DNA of 64,000 bases, taken from NCBI RefSeq assembly GCF_009834535.1, contig NC_045696.1, positions 16,246,001 to 16,310,000 on the forward strand, written 5' to 3'. The position numbers were made by a program, and so were the translations under genes. Numbering within the stretch: position 1 is the stretch's first letter; every line of letters begins with the position of its first letter. The notes under the pieces are model-generated. The model was not told where the DNA came from. It saw nothing but the letters and a program-made list of their open reading frames with translations, and searched no databases. The DNA is from Camelus ferus. Its lineage: Eukaryota. This document shows, in pieces, positions 1 to 14,099 of the stretch.

Positions 1-540
1 GAACTTTTGAGTTAAGATCCAGCTTGTGGAGAGTGAACTCAAGTTAAAATTGATATGCTGAATGTTACGGATGACTCCAGCTGCCCCAACGTCCGTCGCT
101 CAGTTTAGCTGGGCCCACTGACATCCTTCAAAGTCCAATGACCCCATTTCTGGGCTCTCAGATATGCCTGTGATCCCTCAACAGATAAACTACATTCTTT
201 ACTGGGTGTGTTTCCCCTAACAAGTGAATAACCCCAGGTAATGCTTAATCTCACAACAGCTCAGGCTGGCTTGTTTCAGCCCACCTTAGCAGAGCCAAAC
301 CCTGCCGCCCTTCACGGACCCTAAACCTCTTACCTCACCTACAACCAAGCAGAGACTTGCACACAAGCCGATCAGGCACCTTGAGACCCTACCTTATAAA
401 GACCCCAATAACCGGCCCTTGGTGCTCACGCAGGCACCCCTCGCCTGTGTGGCCCACTGCTGTCTATGACAGCGCACCCTGATAAACTCCTTTCGATTTT
501 TATACTTAACCTCTGGTAAATTCTTTGACCAAGTTTGCCA
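1..540 (+). mobile_element. Probable ERV LTR (partial; starts before or at the window edge)
   Basis: TATA-like cttataaag at about 393, GATAAA signal near 481, U5-like ctggtaaattcttt; family not recognised. Confidence 0.45.
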
Positions 541-1004
541 CGCATCGTGCTGCCAGGGACGGCTGAGCTGCTGGCTTCTCAGGAAGGACGTGACGGAACA
601 TCTGTGTTTACAGGGTGTTTGGAACTGAGGCCGTGCCCCTGCCTTGCTGAGCTTGTGCCCTCCCTGGTACCCAGAATCCCCATGGTTAAGACCTGCAGCT
701 GGTGATGGGCAAGAAAAGGACATGGACAGTGTTCCCTGTAGAAGGGAGGCGGGGAGCTGAGAGGTGAAGCAGAGAAGCTTTTAGTCTCCACTGAAAGCAC
801 CTGCTGGCGCTCAGAGGGGCAACATCTCCGCACTGATGGGGCTAAATTAGACCATTAGATTATAGAACTCTTTTTTCTTCTCTCCAGTCTGTCTATCCCG
901 GCCTTGAACAGAGGGCTCACTAAGAATCCACATTCTACTCCAGTATGTTTGTTAATGGCTAGAAATGGTTATCTTACTAACAAACAGGTAATACTTGCTT
1001 ATAT

Positions 1005-1490
1005 GTGTAGTCCAGTAGTTTCCTGGGACTGCCGTAACAAATGACCATCAACTGGGTGGCCTAAAACAACAGAAATGTATTCTCTCACCATTCTGGAGGC
1101 TAGAAGTCTGAAATGAAGGTGTCCACGGGGCCAGGCTCCCTGCAAAGGCCCCAGGGGAGTATCTGTTTCCTTCCTTTTTCTTGCTTCTGCTGTTGCCAGC
1201 AATCCCTGACATTCCTTTGACTTACAGGTGCACCGCTCCAGCCTCTGCCCCTGTCCTCACGTAGTGTTCTCCGCATCGTCTCTGTCCAGTGTGGTCAAGA
1301 GCCCGCCTCACTCTAGTAGTGTCCACCCCACTCCATACTAGATTGAGGGCCTGTCTTTATTCTAGTATGATCTCATCTTTACTTGATTGCATCCGTAAAT
1401 ACCCTATTTCCAAATAACGTCATATTCGTAGGTACCAGGGGTTAGGACTTCAGTATATTTTGTGGGGAGGGGACACAATTCAACCCACAT
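1005..1490. mobile_element. MaLR LTR (MLT1C/D-like)
   Basis: gccgtaacaaat...aaaacaacagaaatgtattctctc...ggggacacaattcaaccc MLT1 hallmarks. Confidence 0.8.
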
Positions 1491-4396
1491 CAGTTTTATT
1501 TTTAATTTGCCTTAACTTCTGTGGATCCAAAAAATTGTCCAAGTTTCTTTCAAAAATGCTATCAAATTTAAGTCAAAAGACTGCATGCCTTGAATTTATG
1601 ACCTCTTCCTTTACAAAAAATTAATAAGTTCCATGTTTAATTGGTTCAAATTGTGAAAGGCTTTAAATGCTTTGCATTTGCTTGAAGCAGATTAATGAGT
1701 AAATTTGTAAACCACGGTTGTTTTAATTAGCCAGGGTTAATTAATGCTTACTGCACTTGGAAGATGAAAAGACATGTATAAATGCACCATCCTGTGAATC
1801 ATTTTTTAATTTGTTGTTGAAGCTTAAAGTATATTTGAATTAAGACTGTGTACCTCACACTAAATAAAAGGCTATTGGAGCTCTGTGGTAATTAGTGTAG
1901 AAGACTCTAAATTTTGAGGTGAATTAATTACATTATAGAAGATGATCATCTTTTAATACTTTATATTCAGAGAAAGGTAGTTTTTTTTTTTAATCTGATT
2001 ATGTAAAAGAGGGGAAGAGTAGAAATCTCAGAGGAAGTTGCTAACTCTTTTTATAGTGTATCATAATTTGAGATTCTGGTTTTTGTTTTTGTTTTTAATT
2101 TCTAAGTTGAGACTTTTCCAGAGCAGAGTGGAGGAGAGAAAAGGGTCACTCGGCTGAGATGAAAATAACATTTTTAAGCAGCTTTTTTTGAGAAAGGAAA
2201 TCAATAGACTACCATGTGAATTTCTGACAGAAAAGCATTGGGGGCTTGGATGAGGTCCAGTGCAGAGACTGGGAAGGGTGGAGATGAGTTTGGAAGGAAG
2301 GACTGGGCTGGATGCCCCTTAGGGGGCGGGAAGCAGTATATGATGGAAGCAGTTGTGTCAGGCAGCAGCATGGGTTCCCCATTCTCGGTGAGGAAGTGGT
2401 CATCTGGGCTAATTTTCCAACACATCTCTGGCACCAGGATTCCTGGTTCGCAGGTCATTGTTACACTTTCCCCTTTTTACATGATCAGATTAAAAAATAT
2501 AACTACCTTTCTCTGACTATGCAGTGTTAAAACATGACCATCTTCTATAATGTATTCAAGCAGAGCTGGCCTCAGTGACACCACCTGCATTTCACTTCGT
2601 CGTCTGAAGGGAGAGCATGTTCAAAGGGAAAGTGGAAAAGGGATGGAGGCAACTTTATTTTTTACCTCCTACACAGTTTTCTCGCTTTTCCTTTACAGCA
2701 TTTAAAAAAAAAAAGGGTTTTTTTGTTTGTTTTAATCATCTCATGGGCGCTCATACTAAAATGATTTGATTAAGGAGTGAATGGAGGGGAAAGACCTGTA
2801 GCTCTTGATTTGGAGACAGGATACTTTGCTCCTTGAGGTTAACAGTAACCACCAAGCGCAGGACAGTTAGATGCTGTAAAGAATTTTCAGTGAGGACCTG
2901 GCACTTCATTGTGGGCGGAACTACAGTCTGGGTGGAATTATCTAGTAGAATTCAATATACAGTAAATCCCTTTTGGGGAATCTGATGTGGGCTTTTTTTC
3001 CCAAAATACCTGGGAAAATGGGAAAACTCCCATTTTCATTCTGGTTCTTCCCTTTGGACTGTTTCAGCATAGACGTGAGCTCTTTGGGCCCATATTTCCA
3101 GTGGCTCCAGAGCTCTCCACCACGATGTGTTGGAATTATCACAAACTCAACATGCCTAAATAGAACCTGTCTTTCTCCCTCTCTGCTCTTTTGTTGGACA
3201 AAACTGAGGTCAAGAATAAAAATATTACCAGCCACCTGTGCTGTCTCCCATCACACCTGCCCCCACACCTCCCACCACCACCAAAGTAACAGTGTTCTTT
3301 GTATCACTTCCTTAAACATCTTTCTGGCTTTCTCATGCTAATGTGCATTCCTTGCCCACTGTCTTCTTCCCCATTTTTTAATGTTGACCTAACTAGTATT
3401 TTATAATCCCCAGGTTTCCCCTCTGCCCCTTTTTTCTTTATAATTTACCTATTAATGAACTGCAGGCCACTCAACCCACAGAATCCCCATAGTCTGACTT
3501 CTGCTAACGGCATGGACTTCGTGCCGGTCAGCGTCTTCCTCTGCCCTGTGTGTGCCCCACAAATGTAAAGCCCCTGGCTTCTGTCTAAGCTGCTTCCCCT
3601 TTCGCCTCCCTTGTGCTCCAACAACGAGAAAAGTCCCAGCGTTTGGGCATCCCGTCTTCTGTGCCTTGTGCATGGCGCGTGCATGTACCAGGGCAGCCGT
3701 CTCTCTTCCTTAGCCAATGTGTACTATCACTATCCCCAGCCCCGAAGTCCCAGTGTGTTTCTTCCTCACTCTGCCTATTCCCCTGACCCGAGCATTTACA
3801 GGGGAATTACATTTGGGCCCATCTTTCCTCTGGGGCCTTGAGCATTGAGTAGAAAGAAACTGCCTTCATCATTTCCTGCACTGGCCGGCAAGACGGTAGG
3901 ATTGATTGCTCAACAGTTGAATAAATGAACAAATAAGTGAAAGAGCTCACTAATGGATGATAAAATTATTTTAATTTTCTTGGCTCCAAATTAATTTTCT
4001 TAAAGTGAATCCTTTCAGCTTCTCCACTTCTGCTCTGTTAATGCCTCCCCAAAAACAGACACTTCCATCCATCGCCAAGCCCCAGACACCAAGCACCTTC
4101 CGTCGCCGGGCTTGGTTCCTACATTGTTAAGGGGTCCTGCAGGTCTGCCAATGCAGAAGAGAAAGGACCATTGCTGTCCTAAAAATGTCCACTGCAGAAT
4201 GAGTTTTGTGTTAAAGAAAACCCGAATAGGCCAGTGTGCAGAAGAGAAAAGAGGGTTGCTGTGTGTTTTTTAAATCTGTATGAAGAAACATCTCAAACGA
4301 GCTGTCACGTCTACAAGCACGATGTGCTGTCTGTAGGAACGGAAGCGTCCTCCCTCCTGATGTGCGTTGATCTTACCCACACTTGCCTATTCCCCG

Positions 4397-4874
4397 TGTC
4401 GACTGAAATAAACGCGCAGCCTGAAAGTTGAGAGTTAAGTTTTATTTGGCAGGAAGACTCAAGCCGGGATGACAGCCTCTCAGATCGCTCTGAGGGACTG
4501 CTCCGAAGAGGTGGGGAGGAGCCAGGATATATAGGAGCTTTACAACAAAGACCAGGTAGTTGGAACAATAAAAGATTACTTGTTATCTAAAGAAAACCCG
4601 GCATCTCAAGTTAAAGAATTTAGCGCTTTTCTATATATGGGAGGAAGCAGATATTTGGGCTCATTGAATTCATTCCTTTGACAAGCGCCTAGCTATCTAG
4701 GGCCAGTATCCTGTCCTTTCTTATTCTGAGTCCCCTCAGGGTGCACCATTGTGAGTGGCTGCAGAGGCCGGGCTGCAGGCTTGTCTTCACTGGGGGGTGG
4801 TGGCAGTGGCTGATGACTTGATGCTTTCAGCATTCTTTGTTTGCTAATGTGGTCTGCAGTATTTTTTGTTCATA
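4397..4874 (-). mobile_element. ERV1 solo LTR (MER41-like)
   Basis: TG start, decayed CA end, ttttatt reverse poly(A) signal at about 4440, TATA-like tatata at about 4528, 4-bp TSD cccg/cctg. Confidence 0.75.
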
Positions 4875-5002
4875 CCTGTATACTTACTAGCATAAATCTC
4901 AGTCTCTTTGAGTGCAATCACCTATGTATGGATGTTGAAAATTTTACTTCCTGCCATGAGCTAACCCATCTTGCTAACCAGTGCTTTACGTCCTTCAAGA
5001 CA

Positions 5003-5463
5003 GAGGCATACCTACGAGATATTGAGGGTTTGTTTCCAAAATAAAGCAAGTCGCATGAATTTTTTGGTTTCCCAGTGCATGTAAAAGTTTGTTTACACTC
5101 TTCTGTAGTCTATTAAGGGTGCAATGGCACTATGTCTCTAAAAACTATGTACACACCTTAGTTAAAAAATACCTGATTGCTAAAAATGGTAACCATCCTC
5201 TGAGCCTTCAGCAAGTTGTAATCTTTTTGCAGTAGTAACAAGAGCACCGATCACATCACCATACAGATATAATACTAATGAAAAAGTTTGAAATATTGCA
5301 ACAGTTACCAAAATGTAACACAGAGACACAGAGGGAGCAAATGCTTCCGGGAAAATGGTGCCTATATATTTGCTTGACACAGGGTTGCCACAAACCTTCA
5401 CCTGTAAAAACCGCAGTCTGCAAAGTACAGTAAGGCAAAGCACAATAAAACGAGGTCTGCCTG
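5003..5463 (-). mobile_element. Tigger1a-type non-autonomous DNA transposon (TcMar)
   Basis: Terminal inverted repeats aggcatacct... / ...aataaaacgaggtctgcctg; homologous to the copy at 27379. Confidence 0.85.
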
Positions 5464-5651
5464 AATGGATTTCCATCAATTAGGCATTTGTCAGATATGA
5501 ATCAATTAGCATGCACTGTCTTCATAGCGTAGCAGAGAATGAGGGCAGGCTGCTGGGAGGGGCACTGCTGTCCATTCCTTTGGATTCCTTCTGTCCCCCC
5601 AGGGTGTCTCTTACTCAGGTAAGAAAGACCTGTCAGGAGCTTGGGAGAGGG

Positions 5652-6123
5652 TGTTGCCGAAAAACCGGCCTCTGTACCTGAGAGCCAAGTTGAGAGTGAG
5701 AGGCAGAGTTTCAGGAAGACAGAAAAGAACAGCTTTATTGCTTTGCCGGGCAAAGGGAGTCAGAGCCGGCTCATGCCTTAAAGGCTGTGAGCCCATCTTG
5801 GGGTTGAGGTCTTGAGGTTTTGTAGAAAAACTGGAGGGAACAGAAAAGGTGACAACAATCAGGGCGTTTTACAGGGTGTTACCTTCTCTTCATCTTGGTA
5901 AGAACTTGCTGTTGTTATAAGGAGGTTGTTATGAGGAGGGTCTGCCCGTTTTTCTGAGGTTCAGTCCATGACCTTCTTTCAAGACCTCCAGGGTAAAAAG
6001 GGATTAAGTTATTCTAAGAAAAGATAGCACAGGGAGGGGAGCCTGTTAGTCATAAGATCAGTTTAGCTGAAAGCACAGGCCTGAATGACTCAATGGCCAC
6101 CTTGTTAGTTTTCTACTCCTTCA
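5652..6123 (-). mobile_element. ERV1 solo LTR
   Basis: TG...CA termini with perfect 4-bp TSD AGGG (5648-5651, 6124-6127); ctttattg reverse poly(A) signal. Confidence 0.8.
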
Positions 6124-8471
6124 AGGGTGCTGATCAGACAGGACCACTGCTTCCAGCGTGCAGGTCGGACAGGACCCATCCCGCAGACGCCCTCCCTTGT
6201 CAGGTGCAGCTGGGAGTACAAGGTGGAGCTGCAGTCCGTCTGCACACAGCTTGACAAGCCACGTGCCCTGTGTGTGACTCACTCTCCAAAAAGAAAGCCC
6301 CCAGTGGGCTGGCATGGGCCTGGCCTTCATCAGAAGTAAAGGTGATGCATTAATGTCTAGCTGCTCTCTCTTGGTTGGTTCAGAGCGCAGGTGGAGAGAA
6401 GGGGACGTTGTGGGTTGGTGCCCAGAACACCCCAGCACCAGCAGTGAAGGTTCCCGGGGCATCTGAGCTCAGATTGTATACAGTCGCCGGAATGACTTTG
6501 CATTTCTGAAAATGTACGCAAGAGCAGTGAAACTGTCATTCGAGTATTCTTTTTAAAGAGCCTTTCTTATTTTGCTTTCTGCGCTCACTAAAAGCATCAG
6601 CAATTTTTAGAGAATGAAACGTGATACTGACTCAGTGCAAACCCAGGACTGATTGCATGTTTCCAATTTACTGTGTATCTCAGAACTTAGAAGTAAAAAC
6701 AAATGAACAAAAAACTGTACCAACTGTGCAGAACAGTCTATTAGAAAATTGAGAAATACATAGTGTGGAATGGACCTGGGGGGAAATTAATCCTCGTGGT
6801 TCCATCTCTATCCTCAAACCTGATAACTCCCGTTCCAGGAGCTTCCTGCGTGCTTCAGTAATCTTGAAAAATTCATTCTCATTGACCACAGTCATAACAG
6901 TAACCAGGTGATCGTGGGACGGGATGAAATAATCAGTTCCATAAAGGATAAAACTATTTTTAAAAAATTACTCTTGGTTATCTCTGGTGGTGGGGTGGCA
7001 AGTGGATTATCATTTCTTGTGTTTTCTACGTTTTTTGCAACTGAATTTATGTTACTCTCATCATTCATACACAACTACGTTTTTATGTAAAGGAGGAATC
7101 ACGGTGGAATCCTAGCTCACGCTGCAGGGGTCAAGTTCTTAGACAGGTTTACAGAGAACATTCATTCTACATAATCGTAATTACTTTGAAACTCCTTGAG
7201 CTTAGCCATAAAAGTATGTATCGTTTAACTAGCCCAGGACAGCTAGTTTTTCCTCTAGCAACAACTGTTTCCTGGGTGGAAGAGGCCACATGAAATCACT
7301 GACCTATATTTAAGGAATACACAACATAAAAATCACATTCATTTTTATGTTGGTTTGCAGAGGACGTGTAGTCTGTATCTGCCAACATTACTAGACATAC
7401 GTGCATTTTCATTATATATATTAGCCAGATAGATGGGTTAAAACCGGGACTACAGTTTTAGTGTCACAGTACTGAACTTTTTATTTCAGTGTAATTCCAG
7501 ACTTAGAGGAAGTTCTGAAATTACCACACAAAATGCCTTTTTTTTGAAAGTAACTTGGAGACATACTGGTCTTTACACCTAAATGCTTCACCGTGTTTCC
7601 TCAAAACAAAGACGTTTATTTTCATGTGCGCGAATTATAGCCTCAGCACAGCATACCTGGGGGTTCTTTCTGTAATAGGTAAACGTGGTTTGTAGTCTAA
7701 ACTTCAGAAGATTTTTTTCCCTCGGGATTGCTCAGGCTTCCGATTACCCAGGTGGGACCAGAACTCCTGATGTAGTTGGAAACAAGATCGGGACATGAGC
7801 ACAAGTTCCACAAGTAAATACGAAGAAGGAACTCTTGACTCTGTTTTTTTTTTTTAGAAGCCAGGGAGCCTGGCTGAGTTTTATTTGGATTTCTGATGGC
7901 CATTGGTAGATCTAAGTTGTTTGATCTACATTGTTTGAAAGTCAAAAGGAAATTCATCTTGAATGAAGAGGCACTTCTTCATGCCCTCAGTCTTAAGCGA
8001 GACAAGTGATGCTTCAGGAAAATGTCACACGCAGTAAGGAATGTTCTCCCAAGGGATGTGTAGCCATGTTTGTGTCCCCTCCGGGGGGGAGTTCGTTGCC
8101 ATAAGTGGACAAAGCGTGTCCCATTTAAAATCCATGTCCGAGAAACTTAGTAAAGAAAAATAAAGCCAGATTCAGACGTGGAGTCTGAATTTTGGGACTG
8201 TGAGAGATTTTCGAGATTGATAGTGTTGACGAAAATAAGACGACTGACCCAGTTTCCTGGAGGTCAAGATTAAAACTAGATTTGTGGAACAGTATTGCTT
8301 GGTGATAGTATGCCTCATGTTTTCCTCACGTTGGAAAACAGAGCAGCATCATACAGTGCTGTTTCAGTCTTGGTCACTGACGATTCCAGTCCCTGCACCA
8401 TTGATGAAAAAGGGATATTTGGGGTGACTGCATGTGTAGTCAGTCCACCATTCAGCCTTTTAAATAGCTCA

Positions 8472-8572
8472 TGGCAAAGGGGGTAGAGCTCAGTGGTAGA
8501 GCACATGCTTAGCATGCAGGAGGTCCTGGACTCAACCGCCAGGACCTCCATTTAAAAAAATAAATACATACA
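8472..8572 (+). mobile_element. tRNA-Ala-derived SINE (camelid Vic-1 type), short form
   Basis: A-box agctcagtgg, degenerate B-box, A-rich tail, perfect 11-bp TSD TAAATAGCTCA (8461-8471, 8573-8583). Confidence 0.9.
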
Positions 8573-9849
8573 TAAATAGCTCAAAATCCAAAGGAGCCTA
8601 AATTATCTTAAATTTGACTCAGAATTTGTGAAACCTGGTAACAGTTCATGTAGCTCTCGTATTTATGCCAGTCTACAAGAAAAAAGGGAAATCTAAGGAC
8701 ATAGGAGACAGGTGTTCAGAGGGGAAACTTCTGTTGAGGGTGGACCATCAAAACGGAAGTGACGGGGAAAGTCTCACTTAGAGAAGGGACCAGTTCCTGG
8801 TTGTGCATCTGAGAACCACATGGCCTTCCAGCTCTGCTCCACCATCAGGAAGCTCTGTGACCTTGGGCTCCAGGCAGCTCTGTGATTACCTTGGTTTCTT
8901 CATAGGAGAAAAAGATACCATTGAATTCATCACTTACCAAATCTATCACAATGTATGCAAAACAAACAAGATGCTTGTGATGATAGACATGTGTGTATTT
9001 TTATAATGTTAGTTACTAAGCAAAGCGAAGTAGCCATGACCTCCATAAAGTGGGTTTTTTCCTGAAACAGAAGGTTGTACCACATATCAGGATCCTTGGG
9101 TGTAGAGCCCAGTTCTGGTACTTGATAACCTTAAGTACATTTCTCAGGATGGGTGTCCCTGTTTGCTCAACTGTCAGTGGGAGTAATGATCCCACTTGAA
9201 GATTGCCGTGGGTGTCACATGAGCTAATGGACATGTAAAGGATGTCACTGGTGCAGTTGATCTCACGCTATCGAGATATCACAGCATGACACGATGGCAT
9301 CACAGTCTGGCTGTCCCACGAGTCACACACTGATCAAAACACCCCAACATAGGTTCTCGCCCAAATCAGCATTTCAGACAACTTCTGCTCCATTGAACCA
9401 TAGGCGGGTCCATGCTTAGAAGGAAATTCACGCTTCACAGGGGAGCACACAGCAGTGAAGTATGTCCTCTGGTGCCCTCTGTATATTTAAGCACATTTTT
9501 TTTCTACGGTCTGAAAAACACTGACCTGTTTTCCTGAACACTTTTCCTGCTCTGGCTCCTGTGTAATTTCCTGCCTGACAAATGGTCTGGCACAAAAGGA
9601 AATTCATAACTAGTCTTTCCTTTCCTATGGCTTTCTAGTTCAGAAGCCTTATCATGAATAATAGCTTCAAGGCAACAGGGTGGGTTGGGTTCTAAGGACA
9701 TGCCTTTGAGGTGTTTGGAGCAAAGTTTCTTCTGGCAATACGGTTTCCTGGCCACACTCACCTTTCACACCTTGTTCTGTTTTGAGGCTAGTCTTATGAA
9801 GGGGATACCTGGAGGCCATGGTGGAGTGATGCCTTTGTACAGCTTGTAG

Positions 9850-9990
9850 CAGTGGTCAGACTGTCATGTGCTTAAGAATCACCTGCTGGTCGCGGTAAAC
9901 GTGCAAATTCTGTTTCTCAAGTCTGGGTGGGACCTGAGATTATACATTTCAGCAAGCTCTCAGGGGATGCCCACATAGAAGAGTTATAGA
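9850..9990. mobile_element. MER5A-like hAT remnant
   Basis: cagtgg...agaatcacctg...gtctgggtgggacctgaga...caggggatgc. Confidence 0.6.
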
Positions 9991-12725
9991 CACCAGGATT
10001 CAGGGAGGAAGTACAGAGACCGTCCATCCAATTTCCCCTAATTGTATGGATGAAGGCACAAGGCTTAGGGAGCTCCAGAGGCCATGGTGATGTTAAGTAT
10101 AATGAACAGCGTGGCAGTTACACACGGAGGCGTGAATCCGACACGCACAGAACTGCGATGGAAAAATGAAATCTGATCTCATAGTCCCGCTGTGGACAGC
10201 ATGCCTAGAATGGATGACAGCTGATTTATGGGAGAACTGCTTGATAGGGAAAAAGGCACATCCCTTTTATAAATAAGTCCAGTGCAGCTGTATCATTTGT
10301 GGGGGATGCATTGTTCAGAGATGTAATCCTCAGTATTTTCAGATGCGTAAGTAATTATCTATTAAAATATAAGAATTGGTCATGGGAGAATCTCTTGTTA
10401 GACGAAATTGAAAGGAAATTTCCATGTGTATTTTTCCACCAGGAACCAGAAGAATCAGAAAACAGGGAAAAAATGATAATACTAATGCAGGTTCAATTCT
10501 ATACAAAAAGAAAACCCAGCACATCTAGGCATGTTCCCCAGTCTCCAAATCAGACCTTTAATCGCCGTGTTTTCCGGGGAAAAGACTGAGGGTGGACCTC
10601 CTTTATATGAAGGAAGCTTCCTCCCCACCCCAAGTGCATTTATTTACAGGATGGGAGACGTAGTTCAATAATTACAACTGAAGCTTGTAAAAGAACTGAT
10701 TTAATGTATAAAAACTTAATTTTCTCAAACCCTAAAATGTGGCAGGTAAATTTTTAGAAGTCTGGCTAGTGGATTAATAATCAAAAGAAGAATATTAGAT
10801 GAATTATCTAGGATTCATCCGTTTCCCATTCAGTAGTCCTTTAATGAGGCCATTTCTCTCAAAATGACTTATGGAAGTCTCTTGCTGCTACAAAAACAAA
10901 ATATTTTAGTCATTTGAAGATGAAATCACTATTGGGTGTCTCTTTGGATGTTGCTTCCTTTAAAATACTTTAAATATTGTCAATCATAGGAAAACAATGA
11001 GATATTTTGTTTTATTTTTCCTATTTACTATAATAGACACCCTCAAGACACTTTTTTATTATAAATACACGTGTTTAAAATATTTTTAAAAGGGCAGTGT
11101 ACATACAGTGGGGTTCGCTGCATGTTTAATATTTGAAATTAAATATCACTGTTATTGTTTAAACTCCAGGTTAAATATTACCATCATTGAACTCAGTTAC
11201 TTATTTCCACTTTTAACTTCAAGACTTCCTGTGCTTGGGTATTAGAGAAGATATTTGACTCCAGAGGTAACCACTGCAATTTGGGGCAATAACAAATAGC
11301 TTTTAGGAAAATAAAGAGTCTTGGGGGGAAACATGCCTAGTCTTTTAGTTTAATACAGCAGTTGGCAAATGTAGATGCTTAAAAGCTTTGAAATCCCAAT
11401 ATATGCCATCAAAGCATTGTAATGAAATATTAAATTAATTCAGATAAAAAGATAATCCACTAGGGCCACCAATATAGTAGAAGTGTGGTTTCCTGTGTGA
11501 TGAGTCTGACCACTAAATTCAAAGATGAAATCTCTCTCAGAATGAACGATGAGATAATCACATTTGGCTCTGGGGTTTTGGGGGGTTTTGGGGGGAGGGT
11601 TTTGTTGTTGTTTTACTCATAGGAGGAATTGCCTGGTGCCAGTTGTTTTCACAGTTGGTAAAATCCTGAGCCCTTAATAATTTCAAGAAGTAGGTGGCCG
11701 CCTTAGACATTTTACGATCACAAAATTGAATCCTCCTCCAGCTAACCGTAATCCACCATTTTCACCCTCTTTTCGTCCCTTAAAAACCATACTGACTTCA
11801 TTATTCCAAATGAATCTCACCAAAGGTGGTTGTTTCTAAATCTCCAACGTTAAACTGAGACAAGAACGTGGATTTCTGCTTTGGTACCAAAAAAAAATTT
11901 TTAAGCCTAATTGCTTTTCACTCTGCTAAAAAGGTAATGTTTCTTGAAAATTTCGTTCTCTCATTTTCTGAAAATGAATATAATAAACCAGGAAAATTAA
12001 CCACCATGGGACTCCACATTTTAGTGGCCATTTGGAGGAATTTTCCTGCCAACAGTGTAAGAGATAAAAGAGAAAGGGGAGGGAGAGCAGGATATGCTGC
12101 AGCCTGACATGTGCTGCATATTTGATGACGTGCAGATGTGAGATTTTCCAGTATGACAGTTCCATAGTCTGTCTTTTTTACTGCCGTGGCTGAGATGGTA
12201 CAGGATCCCCCCCAGCTCCCGTGCCTGGGAAATGCCTATTTGAAGGGACAAAAGCAATAACGATTTCTTAGGGTTAATGATGCGTAGGTGAGCTTACAAC
12301 CCCATCAATGTGGAAGACATTATGGAACAGTCACGCTTATAGTACGGGCTTTCTCCATTGGCTCTGCACATGAGCTATCCAGCGCTGAAAGAGGGAGCCT
12401 GGATAGGGAGGGGTTGAGTCAGGGAGGTTGGGGTGATGCAGCCCAGGACCTGGATTTCAGCACTGATGCTTACTGGCCAGGGAATCTTGAAGGGATCCAG
12501 TCATCTCTGCCCACCTCAGTTGCCTGTCCCATAAAGGTAAATCGTGCCTGCCTCGGAAAGTTGTTGAGACGAGAGTCGTAGAGGACGGGTCATTAAAGCT
12601 GGGCTCTAAAGAGTTCATATAGCTCAGATAAGCAGAGATGGGCTTCCCAGGGAGCAGGAACAGAGGGAAAAGGCATCCTGAGAGGAACACATGGTCCCCT
12701 CTGGGGGTAACCCCACCGATTCAGA

Positions 12726-14076
12726 TGTGGTGTTAATATGTAGGGTGTTCCCCACACCACCACGCTATTCTCCAACCTCAGCAGTGTGTCTTACAGTTCA
12801 ACCCAGTTCTCATACTACGACCTGAAGGTAGCATTCAGATTCTGCAGCCAATTGCAAGTCCTAGATGTCAGCTGGGCTTCTGATGACCGGCTATAAATCA
12901 GAGATTCTAACCACCTCCTCCTTAGGGTCTATTAATTTCCCAGAATGGCTCACAGAACACAGGAAAATATTTTACTTACTACATTGCTGGTTTATTACAA
13001 AAGGATGTAACTCAGGACTAAGAGATGGAAGAGCAGGACGGGGCAGGGTACGTGGGAAGGGGCTTGGAGCTCTCATGCCCTCTCCCACATCTCCCTGCCA
13101 CCTGCTCACCAACCCTGAAGCTCTCCCAACCCTTTTTTTTTTTAACATAGCTTATTTTTTTTAATGTTTATTTTCTAATTGTTTATTGTGAGTATATAAC
13201 ACAGCTGATTTTTTTTATATTGACTGTGTATTCAGAAGCCTTGCTAAATTCACTTTTTTCTTCCCTTTTTGAGGTATAGTTGTACACGATTATGTAAGTT
13301 TCAACTGTACAACACAGTGATGCACAATTTATAAAGGTTATACTCCATTTATAGTTATCATAAAGTGTTGACTATGTTCTTTGTGTTGTACAATATATCC
13401 TTGTAGCTTATTAAATAAATTTTATTCATGGTAGTTTGTACCTCTTAATCCAGTTCCCGTCTTATCCCTCCTCTCTTCCCTCTCCCCACTGATAACCATC
13501 AGTTTGTTCTCTACATCTGTAAGTCTGTTTCTTTTTTGTTATATTCACTAGTTTGTTTTCTTCTTTAGCTTCCACATGTAAGCGATATTATACAGTATTT
13601 GTCTTTCTCTGACTGACTTATTTCACTTAGTATAATACTTTCCAAGTCTATCCCTGTTGTTGCAAATGGCAAGACTTCACTCATTTTCATGGATGAGTAA
13701 TATTCCATTGTGTATATACACCACATCTTCTTTATTTATTCATCCATTGGTGGGCACTTAGGTTGCTTCCATATCTTGGCTTTTGTAAATAATGCAAACC
13801 CTATTCTTTTGGGGTTTTACAGAGGCTTCCTTACATAGGCATGCTTGATTAAATCATTGGCCGTTAGGGTGGGGCTGAAAGTTCCAGCCCTCTAATCATG
13901 TGGTTAGTTCCCCTGATCACCAGCGCCTATCCTTAGGTAACCTAGGGGCTTTTCAGAAGTCACCTCATTAATGTAACAAGACACCTTTAAAGCTTTCATC
14001 ACCTGGGAGGTTCCCAGGGTTTTAATAGCTCTGTGTCTACATGAAAGTCAAATATTTATTATAAATCACCATATCA
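12726..14076. mobile_element. MER21-like LTR interrupted by L1 (13134-13796)
   Basis: MER21-type motifs (gaatggctcacagaac; gattaaatcattggcc; aagttccagccctctaatc) resume after the L1. Confidence 0.7.
13134..13796 (-). mobile_element. L1 3' fragment(s), 5'-truncated
   Basis: T-tracts, tccacatgtaag...tgacttatttcacttag...ccacatcttctttat; flanked by aaccct. Confidence 0.85.
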
Positions 14077-14099
14077 GAGGTGTATACAGCAAAGAGCTG

